A DNA stretch of 64,000 bases from an uncultured Planctomycetia bacterium (GTDB taxonomy: Bacteria; Omnitrophota; Gorgyraeia; Tantalellales; Tantalellaceae), in assembly GCA_964451815.1 (NCBI GenBank), contig CAYVIW010000076.1, forward strand, positions 6,210 to 70,209. The letters are read 5' to 3'. The notes under the pieces were generated by a model. That model searched no databases, had not been told where the DNA came from, and worked only from the letters and a program-made list of their open reading frames with translations. The position numbers were made by a program, and so were the translations under genes. Shown here in pieces: positions 62,657 to 64,000 of this stretch. Numbering within the stretch: the stretch's first letter is position 1; the number at the start of each line of letters is the position of its first letter.

Positions 62657-62765
62657 ATCCTTCTCCGTTATCCTAAACTCTCCGCCATTTGCTCTTCCCC
62701 GCCGTTCTTCCCCCTAAACACTTTGTAAATGTCTTTAATAAGCCAGGATACAAAAACCCCTTGGC

Positions 62766-62918
62766 CTAACTTAATGTAAATCCGCGTTTTACGGCACCTG
62801 CCATAGTTTTCCCTGTCCATATATAGTTTATCTCCATATATTGAACTTGGCAAACTTTAATCCTTGCTTTTTTAAATGCTAACAAAAGACCTCTTTTCTC
62901 GCCAAATATTAGTTTCAT
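62766..62918 (-). pseudogene. Relic 5' end of a paralogue of the giant gene (or 50-aa ORF)
   Basis: GGAGAAG SD then MKLIFGEKRGL, versus GGAGAAG SD then MKMIFGKKTGI in the giant gene. Similarity is lost afterwards. Confidence 0.5.
62825..62853 (-). promoter_or_regulatory. Candidate promoter of giant gene
   Basis: TTGCCA-N17-TAAACT. Confidence 0.55.
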
Positions 62919-62977
62919 GCCGCATCTTCTCCATTCTTTGTTTTTGCTCGTAACTATATGCCATGCCATCAAACATT

Positions 62978-64000
62978 TTATAGAGATCTCCTCACGGCCA
63001 GAAAAGTTTCATGTGTCTCCCTCCACCTCTCGAGGTTCTTTCTTTCCATTGCCGGCAAAGCAGTTATTCCTTTCAGAAAATTATTGACCACGACCATGGG
63101 CTCACCCTCAAATACGCTTGAGTTAGGGGCCATGGTCACCGACCTTATGTGTGAAACAATACGCCCGGCAACCGCCCTTGCACGCTCATGATCTATTTTG
63201 CCGTCAGGTCCGTCCAATAGCCTGTCATAGTTAAGGAGCTCCCTGCCGATATCAGCGTGATGCATTTCGTTCACCAGGCCGGTGGGATCCATTCCATCTA
63301 TTTTGACTATCCGCACTCTGTCTTTATATGGAAGATCCAGCCCCTCAAGCGCGCTTACACCTAGATCGTACTTATCGTGCGGTATAAAGACTATTGCCCG
63401 AGCATCCTTTTCGGGTGCTCTCGCCATAGCATTACCCATCTGAACCAATGTGGTCCTGAAAGTTTCTTTTAAGTTGTCTTCAAGCATATCTTCGTCATAA
63501 ACATATCCGTTTATACGGATGTCGCCTGTGTAGCCTTGAGACCTTCTATACTCCCTGGATATAGCGGAGGTCACAGCTGTTTTTTGATTGCTCGGCCTGG
63601 CCTTATCTCTGTGGGTCGGCGTTATTATCCAATCGGCAAACCCGTTATTGATGTCATCGGCAGCGTCGAGAGCCGCTCTCATCTGTACGATCATCTTCTG
63701 GTCCAACGGGTCAACTGGAATATCCCTGTAGGCAAGATCTTCTCCGACAGACGCGGGTATTTCCGTAATGGTTGCGACCATGTCCTCCCCGACCGGGGCG
63801 GCGATTTCCTGGGTAGTTATAGCGCCGGGAACTGACATTCCGGCATCTTGCGGGACCCCGGCCGGGGAAGCCACATCCTCTCTAATCTCTTCCAACACTT
63901 CATTGTTCAGCCTTTCTATGACATCGGCTTGAGGCCATCTTGTTGCCGACAAATACCCCTTCTCTTCAAAGTGAGATAATGCCGTGCCCTTCCCTTCCCT
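62978..64000 (-). CDS. C-terminal part of a large protein paralogous to 55748..62656 (runs off window)
   Basis: Frame stays open from 63952 to the window edge. The last ~220 aa align by eye with the giant protein's C-terminus, ending AVRRSL. Confidence 0.85.
   Translation of the reverse strand, partial: REGKGTALSHFEEKGYLSATRWPQADVIERLNNEVLEEIREDVASPAGVPQDAGMSVPGAITTQEIAAPVGEDMVATITEIPASVGEDLAYRDIPVDPLDQKMIVQMRAALDAADDINNGFADWIITPTHRDKARPSNQKTAVTSAISREYRRSQGYTGDIRINGYVYDEDMLEDNLKETFRTTLVQMGNAMARAPEKDARAIVFIPHDKYDLGVSALEGLDLPYKDRVRIVKIDGMDPTGLVNEMHHADIGRELLNYDRLLDGPDGKIDHERARAVAGRIVSHIRSVTMAPNSSVFEGEPMVVVNNFLKGITALPAMERKNLERWRETHETFLAVRRSL

Overview
This is a bacterial chromosomal window with almost every gene on the minus strand. 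The large modular proteins at the right end suggest Candidatus Omnitrophota or a related PVC lineage (inference). Positions 1-50 kb are mostly housekeeping genes. In order: uvrB (partial), nadC, rluB, valS, a hom-thrC-apgM-lysC-cimA cluster behind tRNA-Pro(GGG), gpsA, plsY, der, pgsA, lepB, lepA, a phosphomutase, rpe, two peptidases and ruvX. Then come a fused his-trp block containing both TrpB1 and TrpB2, alaS, recA, thpR, a CinA-C gene, smc, and fabG-acpP-fabF running into an acyl-CoA dehydrogenase/EtfB/ferredoxin-EtfA module. The right end is accessory: a beta-propeller/half-TolC protein, a GH1 glycosidase, an aldo-keto reductase and two tandem large proteins sharing a C-terminal domain. 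The most interesting signals are: (1) a 68-aa BldC-like MerR protein heading smc, with a 10-bp-phased repeat array between two promoters; (2) a 2302-aa secreted protein with a ChaN/Tiki-like N-domain, a lower-GC non-RD Ser/Thr kinase flanked by two zincin-like repeats, a C-terminal domain shared with its neighbour, and a relic copy of its own N-terminus upstream; (3) a possible electron-bifurcating enoyl reductase linked to fab genes; (4) unannotated non-coding structures: a convergent sense/antisense RNA pair, a promoter-to-terminator sRNA with an exposed anti-SD sequence, two ~180-nt foldbacks, and a 3x14-bp palindrome element present twice. All calls come from reading the sequence; no database searches were run.
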